Notes: generated by a model from the sequence alone, not told the origin. Shown: positions 19,542-30,032, counted from the first letter of the stretch. The stretch is DNA of 64,000 nucleotides from Arcobacteraceae bacterium (GCA_963676205.2 CAXXUS010000001.1:79725-143724); one strand, 5' to 3'. Program-made: numbers and translations.

Positions 19542-19962
19542 TGGTTCTAGCTTAGGAAACCCTGGCCCTGGCGGCTACGGTACGATCCTAAGTTATAACG
19601 GTCATGAGAAAAAAATAAGCGGCGGGGAAGCACTTACGACCAATAACCGTATGGAGCTAAAAGGTGTGATAGAGGGCTTAAAGCTTTTAAAAGAGCCTTG
19701 CGAAGTTGAGGTTATAAGCGATTCAAAATATGTGGTGCAAGCTATCAATGAATGGCTAGCAGGCTGGATAAGAAACGGTTTTAAAACAGCTGCAAAAAAA
19801 CCCGTAAAAAATGATGATCTGTGGAAAGAGTATATGGAAGTCTCAAAAGATCATAAGATCAAAGGAACTTGGGTAAAGGGTCACGCAGGACACCCTGAGA
19901 ATGAAGAGTGCGACCGCTTAGCAAGAGAGTTTGCAGAAAATCTAAAAATGGAGGAAATATGA
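19516..19962 (+). CDS. rnhA: Ribonuclease HI
   Basis: [30 protein letters not shown] and [14 protein letters not shown] carry the DEDD catalytic residues. Confidence 0.9.
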   Translation: MKQINLYSDGSSLGNPGPGGYGTILSYNGHEKKISGGEALTTNNRMELKGVIEGLKLLKEPCEVEVISDSKYVVQAINEWLAGWIRNGFKTAAKKPVKNDDLWKEYMEVSKDHKIKGTWVKGHAGHPENEECDRLAREFAENLKMEEI

Positions 19963-20642
19963 ACAATATAACAGAACTAGAGAAGTGTTTGGATTATCAG
20001 TTTAAAAACAAAGATCTGATAATCGAAGCACTAACACATAAAAGCTATAAAAAGCCGTACAACAACGAAAGGCTTGAGTTTTTAGGGGACGCGGTATTAA
20101 ACCTAATAGTAGGCGAATACCTATTTAATAAATTCCCAAAATCAACAGAGGGTGATCTCTCAAAGATAAGAGCAAATCTTGTAAATGAAAAAGGTTTTAC
20201 AAAACTAGCAAATGAGATAAACCTTGGGAAATATATATTTTTAAGTGCCGCAGAGGAGAGAAACAAAGGTAGAAGTAAAGCTTCTATTCTTTCCGATGCA
20301 TTTGAAGCTATTATGGGAGCAATATATATTGAGAATGGCTTAGAGCCTATAAAAAAGATAGTTCTAAAACTACTTGATAGCAGTTATAAGAACATCTCAT
20401 TAGATGATCTTTTTAGTGATTATAAAACTGCTCTTCAAGAGATCACTCAAGCAAAGTTTGGTGTAACACCTGAGTATAAACTAGAGCAAAGCTATGGTCC
20501 AGATCATCTAAAAGAGTTTGAAATATCTATCTGGATAGATGATAAACACTATGGAACTGCTATCGGTAAAAGTAAAAAAATAGCTCAGCAAAAAGCTGCA
20601 AAGATTGCACTTGATAGCTTAGAGGATAATAGTGATGAATAG
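19959..20642 (+). CDS. rnc: Ribonuclease III
   Basis: Signature [11 protein letters not shown] plus a C-terminal dsRBD ([16 protein letters not shown]). I place the start at ATG 19959 (ATGA overlap with the rnhA stop), not the ORF-track 19908. Confidence 0.9.
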   Translation: MNNITELEKCLDYQFKNKDLIIEALTHKSYKKPYNNERLEFLGDAVLNLIVGEYLFNKFPKSTEGDLSKIRANLVNEKGFTKLANEINLGKYIFLSAAEERNKGRSKASILSDAFEAIMGAIYIENGLEPIKKIVLKLLDSSYKNISLDDLFSDYKTALQEITQAKFGVTPEYKLEQSYGPDHLKEFEISIWIDDKHYGTAIGKSKKIAQQKAAKIALDSLEDNSDE

Positions 20643-21717
20643 TTTTGGACATAGATTTAGATTTACCACTTTTGGTGAAAGTCACGGCAAGGCTTTAGGG
20701 TGTATCGTTGATGGTGTACCTGCAGGGATCAAAATAGATGAAGAGTTTATCCAAAGTGAGATGGATAGAAGAAAACCAGGAAAAAGTAAGTTTGAAACCG
20801 CTCGTAAAGAGGGTGATCGTGTAGAGATATTAAGCGGCGTGTTTGAAGGAGTAACTACTGGGACTTCTATAGCTATGGTTATCTTTAATGAAAACCAAAA
20901 AAGTCGTGACTATGATAATGTCAAAGATCTTTTTCGCCCTGGACATGCAGATTTCACCTACTTTCATAAATACGGTATCCGTGATTATAGAGGCGGTGGG
21001 AGAAGTAGTGCAAGAGAAACAAGTGCAAGGGTTGCAGCAGGTGCTATTGCAAAAATGCTTTTAAAAGAGCTAGATATAAATGTTGAAAGTGGAATATTTT
21101 CAATAAACGGTATCGAGTGTGAAAGTTTAGATTTTAACGCTTCAAAGAAAAGTGAAATATTCTCATTAGATAAAAATATAGAGCCGCAACAAAAAGAGGC
21201 AATTTTAAAAGCAAAAGATAGCCATAACTCTGTAGGCGGTACTGCACTTGTAAAGATATCAAACTCACCTATAGGTTTAGGTGAGCCGATCTATTATAAA
21301 CTTGACTCACTGCTAGCTGATGCAATGATGAGTATCAACGCCGTAAAAGGGGTTGAGATAGGTGATGGATGCGAGGCAACACATTTAAGTGGATATGATA
21401 ACAACGACCAGATAGATAAAAGCGGTTTTAAAAGCAACCATAGCGGTGGAATTTTAGGTGGTATCAGTAACGGTGAGGATATTTTGGTAAAGGTTCATTT
21501 TAAACCAACACCATCTATATTTTTAGAACAAGACACTATTGATACCAAGGGTGATGAACTAGTTTGCAAACTTCAAGGAAGACACGATCCTTGTGTTGCA
21601 CCAAGAGGCTCTATCGTAGCTGAGGCTATGGCGGCATTGGTTCTTGCAGATATGTTATTGCTTAATATGAGCTCAAAACTGGATAACGTTAAAAAAGTAT
21701 ATTCAAGCCAATTTTAG
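20632..21717 (+). CDS. aroC: Chorismate synthase
   Basis: [31 protein letters not shown]. Confidence 0.95.
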   Translation: MMNSFGHRFRFTTFGESHGKALGCIVDGVPAGIKIDEEFIQSEMDRRKPGKSKFETARKEGDRVEILSGVFEGVTTGTSIAMVIFNENQKSRDYDNVKDLFRPGHADFTYFHKYGIRDYRGGGRSSARETSARVAAGAIAKMLLKELDINVESGIFSINGIECESLDFNASKKSEIFSLDKNIEPQQKEAILKAKDSHNSVGGTALVKISNSPIGLGEPIYYKLDSLLADAMMSINAVKGVEIGDGCEATHLSGYDNNDQIDKSGFKSNHSGGILGGISNGEDILVKVHFKPTPSIFLEQDTIDTKGDELVCKLQGRHDPCVAPRGSIVAEAMAALVLADMLLLNMSSKLDNVKKVYSSQF

Positions 21718-21767
21718 ATAAAATTGCACGAAATAATTTAAATAAAAATTTAAAATAAGGGAAAAAA

Positions 21768-22262
21768 ATGGATTTCGTTTCAATCATTATGGGAAGTAAA
21801 AGTGACTATGAGATTATGAAAAACTGTGCAGATACTTTAGAGAAGTTTCACGTTAAATATGAGCTTGTGATCAGTTCGGCACATAGATCTCCTGAGAGAA
21901 CAAAAGATTATATCAAAGAAGCAGAAGAGAAAGGTGCAAAGGTTTTTGTTGCTGCTGCAGGTATGGCTGCTCACCTTGCGGGTGCAGTTAGTGCGACAAC
22001 TACAAAACCTGTTATCGGTGTACCTATGAAAGGTGGAGCGATGGATGGTATGGATGCTATGCTTTCAACTGTACAGATGCCTGCAGGTATGCCTGTTGGA
22101 ACTGTTGCACTTGGAAGAAGTGGAGCAGTAAATGCTGCATACCTTGCTATGCAAATACTTGCTATTACAGATAAAGAGCTTGCTATAAAACTAAAAGAGG
22201 ATAGAGTTGTTAAAGCTAAACAAGTTGAGAACGATTCAAGAGAAGTAGAGGTTATTTTATAG
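21768..22262 (+). CDS. purE: 5-(carboxyamino)imidazole ribonucleotide mutase
   Basis: [31 protein letters not shown]. Confidence 0.95.
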   Translation: MDFVSIIMGSKSDYEIMKNCADTLEKFHVKYELVISSAHRSPERTKDYIKEAEEKGAKVFVAAAGMAAHLAGAVSATTTKPVIGVPMKGGAMDGMDAMLSTVQMPAGMPVGTVALGRSGAVNAAYLAMQILAITDKELAIKLKEDRVVKAKQVENDSREVEVIL

Positions 22263-23147
22263 ATGCTTACTTTCTCAAACCTTCTTTTAAAACTTCAACA
22301 GTTTTGGAGTGAGCAAGGGTGTAATATCGTGCAACCATACGATATCCCTGCAGGAGCTGGAACTTTCCACCCTGCTACACTTTTAAGAAGCTTGGATTCA
22401 AAACCTTGGAGCGTAGCTTATGTTGCTCCTAGTAGAAGACCAACTGATGGTAGATATGGTGAAAACCCAAACCGTCTTGGAAGCTATTACCAATTTCAAG
22501 TTTTAATTAAACCAAGTCCTGAGAATATTCAAGATCTATATTTAAAATCTTTAGAGTACTTAGGACTTGATCTATCAAACCATGATATTAGATTCGTTGA
22601 AGACAACTGGGAGTCGCCGACACTTGGTGCTTGGGGTCTTGGTTGGGAAGTTTGGCTTGACGGTATGGAGGTAACTCAGTTTACTTACTTCCAGCAAGTT
22701 GGAGGTCTTCCTTGCGATCCTGTTGCAGTTGAGATTACATACGGAACGGAAAGACTTGCTATGTATCTTCAAGGTGTTGATTCTGTATTTGATATCGTTT
22801 GGAATGAAAACGAGCATGGTGTAACAAAATATAAAGATATACACTTTGAGAGTGAATATGAGTTTAGTAAATACAACTTTGAAGTTGCAGATACTGCTAT
22901 GCTTTTTAAACACTTTGATGATGCGGCAAACGAGTGTAAAAGATGTCTCGAAGCTGGGCTTCCATTACCTGCGTACGATCAATGTATGATAGCTTCACAT
23001 GCATTTAATACACTTGATGCAAGAAAAGCTGTAAGTGTAACACAAAGACAAAACTACATCCTAAAAGTGCGTGAGCTATCAAGCGGTTGTGCAAAGCTTT
23101 ACAAAAGTCAAGAGGAAGATAGAAATCAAAGGCTTAGTGCTATATGA
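22263..23147 (+). CDS. glyQ: Glycine--tRNA ligase alpha subunit
   Basis: [37 protein letters not shown] and [10 protein letters not shown] are highly conserved GlyQ blocks. Confidence 0.95.
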   Translation: MLTFSNLLLKLQQFWSEQGCNIVQPYDIPAGAGTFHPATLLRSLDSKPWSVAYVAPSRRPTDGRYGENPNRLGSYYQFQVLIKPSPENIQDLYLKSLEYLGLDLSNHDIRFVEDNWESPTLGAWGLGWEVWLDGMEVTQFTYFQQVGGLPCDPVAVEITYGTERLAMYLQGVDSVFDIVWNENEHGVTKYKDIHFESEYEFSKYNFEVADTAMLFKHFDDAANECKRCLEAGLPLPAYDQCMIASHAFNTLDARKAVSVTQRQNYILKVRELSSGCAKLYKSQEEDRNQRLSAI

Positions 23148-23872
23148 AAATAAAAGAGATCTACACTCTTCTAGATGAGTTATCCCCTTTTGAACTTCAA
23201 GAGAAATGGGATAATTCAGGTCTTCTTGTGGGAAATATGGAGGATGAGTTTAACAACATCTATATCTGTTTAGATCTTGATATGGATGTATTAAACGGTA
23301 TCCCTTCAAACTCTTTGGTTATCACACACCATCCTTTGATATTCTCACCTTTAAAGAGTGTAAATTTCGACTCATATGCAACTAAGATACTTAAAGAGCT
23401 TATAAAAAAAGATATAGCATTGATATCTATGCATACAAACTTTGACAAAACACACTTAAACAGATATGTTGCAAAAGAGGTTTTAGGTTTAGAGCTTGAA
23501 GAGAGTGAAGATTTTATCTGTTATGCAAAGGTTGATAGAGCTTTTGATGAGTTTGCGAAAAATATAGCAAAAAAACTAAATCTAAAATTCCCTAAAACAG
23601 TAAAATGTAAAGAGCATATAGATAGAGTTGCACTAACTACTGGTTCAGGGATGTCATTACTTCCTTTTATAAAAGCAGACTGCTTTTTAACGGGAGATAT
23701 AAAATACCATGATGCTATGGAAGCAAAACTAAGAGAAGTAAGCCTGATCGATATAGATCACTATGAAAGTGAAAAGTTCTTCAGCCCCCTACTTACGGAA
23801 CTTTTATCAAAAAATTTGAAAAAAAATCAATTAAACGATATAATACCGCTTTTAAAAAATCCATTTAGCTAA
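23144..23872 (+). CDS. Nif3-like dinuclear metal centre protein (GTP cyclohydrolase I type 2 homologue)
   Basis: [30 protein letters not shown]. Confidence 0.85.
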   Translation: MKIKEIYTLLDELSPFELQEKWDNSGLLVGNMEDEFNNIYICLDLDMDVLNGIPSNSLVITHHPLIFSPLKSVNFDSYATKILKELIKKDIALISMHTNFDKTHLNRYVAKEVLGLELEESEDFICYAKVDRAFDEFAKNIAKKLNLKFPKTVKCKEHIDRVALTTGSGMSLLPFIKADCFLTGDIKYHDAMEAKLREVSLIDIDHYESEKFFSPLLTELLSKNLKKNQLNDIIPLLKNPFS

Positions 23873-23903
23873 CAAACGAAAATAAATTTAATAGGAGAAA
23901 CCG

Positions 23904-24620
23904 TTGAGTCAATATTTAGATCAACTTATACAACTTTCAAAATGTGACGGACAGATTGCAGATTTTGAACCACAAATCAAATCACAAAAAGAGAAACTAA
24001 CAGTATTTATGCAAAATGCAGATGAGCTTACAAAATCTATAGAAGAGATCAAAGTAGAATTAGATGAGATCAAATCAAAAAGAGTTAAAAATGAGATCCA
24101 TTTAGCAGAGCTAAAAGATAAACTTGATGATATAGCAAAAAAGAATAAAGTTATCAAAACAGAAAAAGAGATGAAAGCTCTTCAACTTGAAGAGGAGATC
24201 GCAAAAGAGCAGATCGAATTCGCTCACGAAGAGATCGTAAGATATGACGAACTTACAAATGCTAAAGAGGAAAAACTAGCTGAGTTAGAAAAAGAGCTGG
24301 CTGAAGAGCAAGAAGCTACAAAAGAGATGGAAGCTGCTGTTGAAGATCAAATAAAAGCACTACAAGATGAAAGAGCTGAAGTTTCAAAACAAAGAGCAGA
24401 TATCGTTACAAAGATCGAGCCTAAGATTATGACTTTTTATGAAAAGATTAGAAGATGGGCAAAAGATAAAGCTGTTGTTCCTGTTAAAAAACAAGCATGT
24501 TACGGTTGTTTTATGAAAATAAACGACAGAGTTTATACAGAAGTATTAAGAGCTGATGAGATCGTTACATGTCCACACTGTGGTAGAATCCTTTATAAAG
24601 AGGATGAAGAAGAAGTATAA
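23904..24620 (+). CDS. Coiled-coil + C4 zinc-ribbon protein (COG1579/DUF164; HP0958-like)
   Basis: Long Glu/Lys coiled coil, then CYGCFMKI...CPHCGRILY. It lies directly after the Nif3 gene, as in Helicobacter pylori HP0959/HP0958. TTG start. Confidence 0.7.
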   Translation: MSQYLDQLIQLSKCDGQIADFEPQIKSQKEKLTVFMQNADELTKSIEEIKVELDEIKSKRVKNEIHLAELKDKLDDIAKKNKVIKTEKEMKALQLEEEIAKEQIEFAHEEIVRYDELTNAKEEKLAELEKELAEEQEATKEMEAAVEDQIKALQDERAEVSKQRADIVTKIEPKIMTFYEKIRRWAKDKAVVPVKKQACYGCFMKINDRVYTEVLRADEIVTCPHCGRILYKEDEEEV

Positions 24621-24621
24621 A

Positions 24622-25767
24622 ATGTTTCAAGCATTTTATACAATACTTTCGCTGGTACTTTACGTGCTGGCGATCCCTTTTCTTTTATTTAAATCAAGAA
24701 ATAAAAAATACTCCCAAGCAATACCTGCACGTTTTTTCTTAAAAAACAATCCAAGCTTTAGTGAAGAGAAATTTTGGTTTCATACCTGCTCTATGGGTGA
24801 AACAAAAGCTATAAAACCTATTTTAGATAAACTTGAGCCCAACCAAAACCTAAGTGTTATAACAAATACGGGATACGAAGAGGCTTGTAAACTCTCATCA
24901 AATGTACGCTATTTACCCTTTGAGCTATTCTTGCCTTTTTGGACAATAAAACAAAAAGCTTTAGTGGTGATGGAAGCGGAGCTTTGGTATATGCTTTTTT
25001 TAAGTGCAAGAAGAAAAGGGGCTAAAACAATTTTGATCAATGCCCGTATCAGTGATAGATCATACAGCTCCTATAAAAAGATGGCTTGGTTTTATAAACA
25101 TATCTTTAAAAATATCGATAAAATATTTGCTCAAAGTGAAGTTGATAAACAAAGACTTGCTGAACTGGGTGCAACAAATATAGAGGTGATCGGTAATATC
25201 AAACTTGCCCTTTTACCAAAAACCACAAAAGAGCTTAGCAAGCCAGCAAACTCATATATAATCACTGCGGGAAGTACCCATGATGGGGAAGAGCAGATCA
25301 TTCTAAACGCCTATAAAAAAACGCAGGGGAAACTTATAATCGTACCGCGCCACCCCGAGCGTTTTGATAAGGTGGATAGTTTGATCAAAGAGTATATAAA
25401 AGATAAAGATATCAGCTACCATCGCTACTCTACTCAAGAGGATTTTAATAGCGATATTATCTTAGTGGATAAGATGGGGGAGCTTATCAATATCTATGCT
25501 ATAAGTGATACTGTTTTACTCTCTGGTGCTTTTAAAGAGAATATCGGCGGACATAATCCAATAGAGCCTGCATATTTTGGATGTAAGATAATCAGCGGGA
25601 AACACTACTTTAACCAAAAATCTCTTTTTGAGTGTGTAAAAGATTATAATATTGTTGAAGTTGAAGAGTTAGCTGACACAATTGATAAGCTTGATACTTT
25701 GCCAAATGCTTCACTTGTAGAGATAGGTTCGGTTGAACCAATAATTAATGAACTCAAAAATATATAA
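24622..25767 (+). CDS. waaA: 3-deoxy-D-manno-octulosonic acid (Kdo) transferase
   Basis: N-terminal anchor, WFHTCSMGE, VPRHPERF, GGHNPIEPA. Start placed at ATG 24622 (MFQAFYTILS); the ORF-track extension from 24556 overlaps the previous gene. Confidence 0.85.
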   Translation: MFQAFYTILSLVLYVLAIPFLLFKSRNKKYSQAIPARFFLKNNPSFSEEKFWFHTCSMGETKAIKPILDKLEPNQNLSVITNTGYEEACKLSSNVRYLPFELFLPFWTIKQKALVVMEAELWYMLFLSARRKGAKTILINARISDRSYSSYKKMAWFYKHIFKNIDKIFAQSEVDKQRLAELGATNIEVIGNIKLALLPKTTKELSKPANSYIITAGSTHDGEEQIILNAYKKTQGKLIIVPRHPERFDKVDSLIKEYIKDKDISYHRYSTQEDFNSDIILVDKMGELINIYAISDTVLLSGAFKENIGGHNPIEPAYFGCKIISGKHYFNQKSLFECVKDYNIVEVEELADTIDKLDTLPNASLVEIGSVEPIINELKNI

Positions 25768-26890
25768 TGTCGCTGTTTTAGGTGCAGGAGCTTCAGGGCT
25801 TTTTTTTAGCTCGCAAGTAAAGAGTAAAAATATCTGTATCATAGAATCAAACGGCAAAATCGGTGAGAAGATAAAGATTTCAGGCGGCGGACGCTGTAAT
25901 ATCACCAATAAAAAAGTAAGTGAAAATAACTATCTAGGCGATAGTGATTTTATAAAAAATACATTTAATACTTTTTCAAATAAGGACCTTGTGGCACACT
26001 TTAAAAACAACGATCTTAAACTATCTCTTGAAGATAAGATAGTAAAAGGGCAGTATTTTTTTAAAAGCTCACAAGTAGTTTTAGAGTTCTTAAAAAAGCA
26101 GATCACTCACGCAAAAATATTTTTTAATACCCAAGTTAAAGATGTGGAGTATAGCGAGCACTTTACGATTAAAACAAATAAAGGGCTGATAAAAGCAAAA
26201 AAACTAGTTGTGGCAAGCGGCGGGGAATCGTATAGAAGTATAGGGGCAAGTGATATTGGCTTTCAAATAGCACAAAAGTTTGGACACACCATTGCGCGAA
26301 CCTCCCCTGCTCTTGTAGGCTTTACTGTACAAAAAGAGCAGTTTTGGTTTAAAGCGCTTAGCGGTCTTTCGCTGACAATAAAGATAACCATAGATGATAA
26401 AAGCTTTTATCAAGATATGCTCTTTGCCCATAAAGGGTGCAGCGGTCCTGCCATTTTAAACGCTTCACTTTATTGGCAAAAAGGCTCACTTACAATAGAC
26501 TTTCTTCCAAACTTTGATCTTAGCAAACTTAACGGTAATGCACTACTATCTTCAAAGCTTCCCGCACCCAAACGTTTTATAAAAGCGTTTTTAAAATCAA
26601 TCAATTTAGAAGATAAGGCGATAAGCAAACTCTCAAAAGAAGAAAAAGAGAAATTGCAAATCATTAAAAACTATAGCTTTAGCCCTGCAGGTACTTTTGG
26701 ATATACAAAAGCGGAAGTTACAAAAGGGGGTGTTAACACATCCCAGATAGATCAAAATAGTTTTGAAAGTTTAAAACAAAAAGATCTTTATTTTATCGGT
26801 GAAGTTTTGGATGTAACGGGTGAGCTTGGGGGATATAACTTTCAATGGGCTTTTAGCTCTGCGTATGCTTGCGCAAACAATATAGATTGA
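25748..26890 (+). CDS. HI0933/BaiN-family NAD(FAD)-utilising flavoprotein
   Basis: VAVLGAGASGLF dinucleotide fold, ISGGGRCN, C-terminal GEVLDVTGELGGYNFQWAFSS. Confidence 0.85.
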   Translation: MNSKIYNVAVLGAGASGLFFSSQVKSKNICIIESNGKIGEKIKISGGGRCNITNKKVSENNYLGDSDFIKNTFNTFSNKDLVAHFKNNDLKLSLEDKIVKGQYFFKSSQVVLEFLKKQITHAKIFFNTQVKDVEYSEHFTIKTNKGLIKAKKLVVASGGESYRSIGASDIGFQIAQKFGHTIARTSPALVGFTVQKEQFWFKALSGLSLTIKITIDDKSFYQDMLFAHKGCSGPAILNASLYWQKGSLTIDFLPNFDLSKLNGNALLSSKLPAPKRFIKAFLKSINLEDKAISKLSKEEKEKLQIIKNYSFSPAGTFGYTKAEVTKGGVNTSQIDQNSFESLKQKDLYFIGEVLDVTGELGGYNFQWAFSSAYACANNID

Positions 26891-26915
26891 CTAAAAATAC
26901 AATATGTGCTAGAAT
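26887..26915 (+). promoter_or_regulatory. Candidate sigma70-type promoter for the toxin-antitoxin pair
   Basis: TTGACT (26887-26892), 17-nt spacer, extended -10 TGcTAGAAT (26907-26915), about 25 nt upstream of the antitoxin start. Sequence match only. Confidence 0.4.
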
Positions 26916-26939
26916 AAGATAAAAAATAAGGAGATAAGT

Positions 26940-27194
26940 ATGGTACAAAATATGTCATCACAAAAAGTAACTGTTACTATACCTTATGAACTAAAAGAGA
27001 AACTAAATAATTTAAAAGATGAACTTCACACTTCAGTTTCTGCGATATATAAAGAAGCATTAGAAAACTATTTAGAAAAAAAAGAGTTAGAAAAATGGCA
27101 AGATGGTGCAAACTTAGCTTCAAAAGATAAGAACTATTTAGAGTTTGTAAATGAACTAAATAGTGATCTTGGAGATGATATATATGAATATTAA
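26940..27194 (+). CDS. Ribbon-helix-helix (CopG/MazE-like) antitoxin
   Basis: 84 aa. KVTVTIPYELKEKLNNLKDEL is an RHH beta-strand/helix start. Overlaps the toxin gene by 11 nt. Confidence 0.65.
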   Translation: MVQNMSSQKVTVTIPYELKEKLNNLKDELHTSVSAIYKEALENYLEKKELEKWQDGANLASKDKNYLEFVNELNSDLGDDIYEY

Positions 27195-27543
27195 CCAAGG
27201 AGAGATTTGGGAAGTGGAGTTTTTTCCAAAAGTTGGAAGTGAGATCACTAAAAAAAGACCAGCAATCGTTATAAACCATGACCTTATAGGAAAACTACCT
27301 TTAAAAACCATTGTTCCTATTACAAACTGGTCAAACTCTTTTGAAAACTATCCTTGGATGTATAAATTAGAACAAAATGAATTAAATGGTTTATCAAAAA
27401 TATCAGGAGTTGACTGCTTTCAAATAAAAAACTTCTCTATTAATAGATTTAAAACCAAAATTGGTATAGTTAATGAAACTCAACTTCAAGAGATTCATAA
27501 TATTGTGATAAAAACATTAAATCCTAAATACAAATGTGTTTAA
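27184..27543 (+). CDS. MazF/PemK-family endoribonuclease toxin
   Basis: GEIWEVEFFPKVGSEITKKRPAIVINHD, PLKTIVPIT, DCFQIKNFSINRF. Start placed at ATG 27184 (MNINQGEIW). Confidence 0.85.
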   Translation: MNINQGEIWEVEFFPKVGSEITKKRPAIVINHDLIGKLPLKTIVPITNWSNSFENYPWMYKLEQNELNGLSKISGVDCFQIKNFSINRFKTKIGIVNETQLQEIHNIVIKTLNPKYKCV

Positions 27544-27716
27544 TCATCGCTATTATCTCTTTTGTATTTGCCTATAATTTTTATATAGACGCTAATATTG
27601 CTTCTGCAATTGTAAGTGGAGTGATAGGTCTTGGATTTGCTTTATTAATGGGTAGGAATATTTTGAAGACTAAAAGGGAAAGAGATATGAGTAAAGAAAC
27701 AACCTCTACAAAATAA
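27534..27716 (+). CDS. Small two-TM membrane protein (hypothetical)
   Basis: 60 aa. Two hydrophobic helices, then a basic tail (KTKRERD). Overlaps the toxin stop by 10 nt. No homology recognised. Confidence 0.35.
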   Translation: MCLIIAIISFVFAYNFYIDANIASAIVSGVIGLGFALLMGRNILKTKRERDMSKETTSTK

Positions 27717-27734
27717 AGATTAATCTTAATATAT

Positions 27735-28388
27735 TTAGAACTTTACAATTATTCCATAGTTAAAGGTAAATAGATTCTTCTTAAAAGCTTCACCATAGTC
27801 AGGATCATCATAAAAATATTTATAGGTAGGACCTGCATATAGCTCAAAAACATTACCAAAATGAATTGTAATTCCAAGACCTAAAAGTAAATTTAGATCA
27901 CTTCTAAATCTTAACTTTTTTAAACTTTCAGGTGTATGACTTGCATTTTTTCCATAATCCTGAGTATAATAACCATATCCCAGTTTTACAAATGGTCTAA
28001 GTCCATTTAAATATTCAGGTGATGCTTCTAAAGTTAGGATTAAGTCTGAACCGTATATGCTAAAACCTTCTTTGTTAACATATTCGTAATATCCTTCTCC
28101 ATCAATATATGTTTCATAATACGAAAGTTCAAGTTTACCATTTTTAAAATAATAGCCGACTCCTGCTGCTCATCCATAATATCCATAACTCGATGTATAA
28201 GATACATTTACAAAAAAACCTTGATTATTTATTCTTGAGTCATTAGATTTTCCTTTATAGGAATCACTAGAATCAAGAACTGTTGCAGTTGTCATATTAA
28301 ATTCAAAAAAATCTGCTATTGAATCACTACTTGCATATACTTTAAAATTAACAAATAAAATTAAAATAGAAAAAAATATGTTTTTAAT
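27735..28388 (-). pseudogene. Decayed outer-membrane beta-barrel protein gene
   Basis: My own minus-strand translation gives a signal peptide (IKNIFFSILILFVNFKVYA) and Tyr/Gly-rich alternating strands ending ...FTFNYGIIVKF*. The initiator position is ATT (AAGGA 6 nt upstream). An in-frame TGA lies at 28170-28172 (YYG*AAGVGYYF). Absent from the ORF track for these reasons. Confidence 0.65.
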
Positions 28389-28728
28389 TGTATATCCTTA
28401 AATATTATGAAGTAAGATTATATCTAAATAGCTGTCACAAATGCGTCACAAAATTGCCATTACAAAATAAAGATTGTGTTTGTAATCTAATTCGTGGATG
28501 AATGCCTTTCTTTTTATCCGTAAAAAGAAACAAAAACTCTTCCACCCGATAAAATGTAATCTCAAGCTTCCATAAAATATTTTCTGATGTCAAAAACTCA
28601 AAATAAAACCTTCATTTAGAAGCTTTTATTTTTCAGACAGTTTTCCATCTTTTCCGAAAATATTTTACTCCATCTTGGCATTTTAACAGGGTGGAATTTT
28701 TTCTTTGGTAGCTAGCTTCACCGTCAGG

Positions 28729-28750
28729 CAATCCACATTTGCAGAAGCTA
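28729..28750. repeat. Left copy of the imperfect inverted repeat flanking the IS110-family recombinase
   Basis: CAATCCACATTTGCAGAAGCTA versus the reverse complement of 30158-30177 (CAACCACATTTCGAAGCCTA): 19 matching positions with small indels. Confidence 0.4.
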
Positions 28751-29051
28751 AAAATTTGAGATATTTTTTACGTAACAAGCTGAGGACTCGTATAATATAA
28801 ATATTGAAAATATAGTAATATATTTTCATAGAGTTCATAAAGATAATATATCTGAGTTGAGGACAAAGCAACTAAAATAATTTTGGTTAGCTTGGCAGAC
28901 AGTTTGATAGTTATACTTTAAATTTGAGTAGCAACAAGAACAGTTTTAACTAGTTCGTATTTTACGAGTCTAAATTTAGTATAAATAAATTATCGAGTAG
29001 GATTTGATCCTACTCTAACGAACTCTTTATATTAAAACAAAGGTTCCAAGT

Positions 29052-30032
29052 ATGTATTCTATCGGATTAGATATTAGTAAATCAACTATAAATGTATATA
29101 TTCCAAAAAACGATTTAGATTTAGTTATTGATAATAGTTTAAAATCTATAAAATCTTTATATTCAAAGTTAAAGAAGTTATATCAAAAAGATATCGATAA
29201 ATTAGCATTTATATTTGAGCCAACTGCAAATTATTCTACTACATTAAGATATTTTTGTAGCGAAAATAGAATTAAATGCTTTATTGTAAACCCTAAACAG
29301 AGTTCTAACTTTTCTAAAGCATTAGGAGAGAGAAATAAAACAGATTTAACTGATGCTAGAGTATTATCTAAAATGGAATCTATAGCTCTAAAAGAGGATA
29401 TCAAAGTTCCCATTATCAATGTGCTTGTTGAAGAGTTAAATGAGTTAGTTTCTTATTATAGATTACTAACTAAACAAAAGCTTCAAAATAAAAATCATTT
29501 AGAAGCTTTATTAGCAAAGTTTGAATCTTCTATAGTGATTAAAGAGCTAAAAAAAGAGATTTTAAATTTAGAAAAAAAAGAAAAAATGATTATTAAAAAG
29601 ATAATCGATTTAATAAAAAAAGATGAAAACTTATATCAAGCTTTTAATAATATAAAATCAATTAAAGGTATAGGAGATTTATCTGCTATAGTCCTTTTAC
29701 ATCACTTTATAAAATATCCAAATGCAAATCAAAGGGAAATAATATCTTTAGCTGGCTTAGACCCAATATGTAAGGAATCGGGTACATCATTAAAGAAGAA
29801 AGCAAAGATATCAAAAGCAGGTTCTAAAATATGTAGATCAACTTTATTTATGGCTTCATTAGTATCAATACAGTTTAACGAAGAGATAAAACTATTTTAT
29901 ACAAGATTAAAAAACAATGGTAAACATACTACAGTGGCACAAATTGCAGTAATGAGAAAGTTAATTATAATCGCTCATTCTTTATACAAAAATAATCAAA
30001 CATATAATCCTTTAAAATATAAATCTAACTAA
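29052..30032 (+). CDS. IS110-family DEDD transposase/recombinase
   Basis: RuvC-like N-terminus (IGLDISKST, FIFEPTANYS, DLTDARVL). C-terminal Tnp module (IKGIGDLSAIVLL, SLAGLDP, ISKAGSKICRSTLFMASL). 326 aa. Confidence 0.9.
   Translation: MYSIGLDISKSTINVYIPKNDLDLVIDNSLKSIKSLYSKLKKLYQKDIDKLAFIFEPTANYSTTLRYFCSENRIKCFIVNPKQSSNFSKALGERNKTDLTDARVLSKMESIALKEDIKVPIINVLVEELNELVSYYRLLTKQKLQNKNHLEALLAKFESSIVIKELKKEILNLEKKEKMIIKKIIDLIKKDENLYQAFNNIKSIKGIGDLSAIVLLHHFIKYPNANQREIISLAGLDPICKESGTSLKKKAKISKAGSKICRSTLFMASLVSIQFNEEIKLFYTRLKNNGKHTTVAQIAVMRKLIIIAHSLYKNNQTYNPLKYKSN

Noticed and set aside
28170-28172. In-frame TGA in the porin-like gene as programmed recoding (selenocysteine or TGA=Trp).
   Set aside because: TGA is used as a genuine stop by well-supported genes in this window (the kinase ending at 7048, the ParA-like gene ending at 5409). 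I saw no SECIS-like hairpin. The same gene has also lost its ATG, so pseudogenisation is the simpler reading.
28683-28871. 62-aa minus-strand ORF in the non-coding region left of the IS110-family recombinase.
   Set aside because: It has no RBS and an implausible composition (MLCPQLRYIIFMNSMKIYYYIF...). It straddles the proposed left end of the IS. More likely non-coding or guide-RNA DNA.
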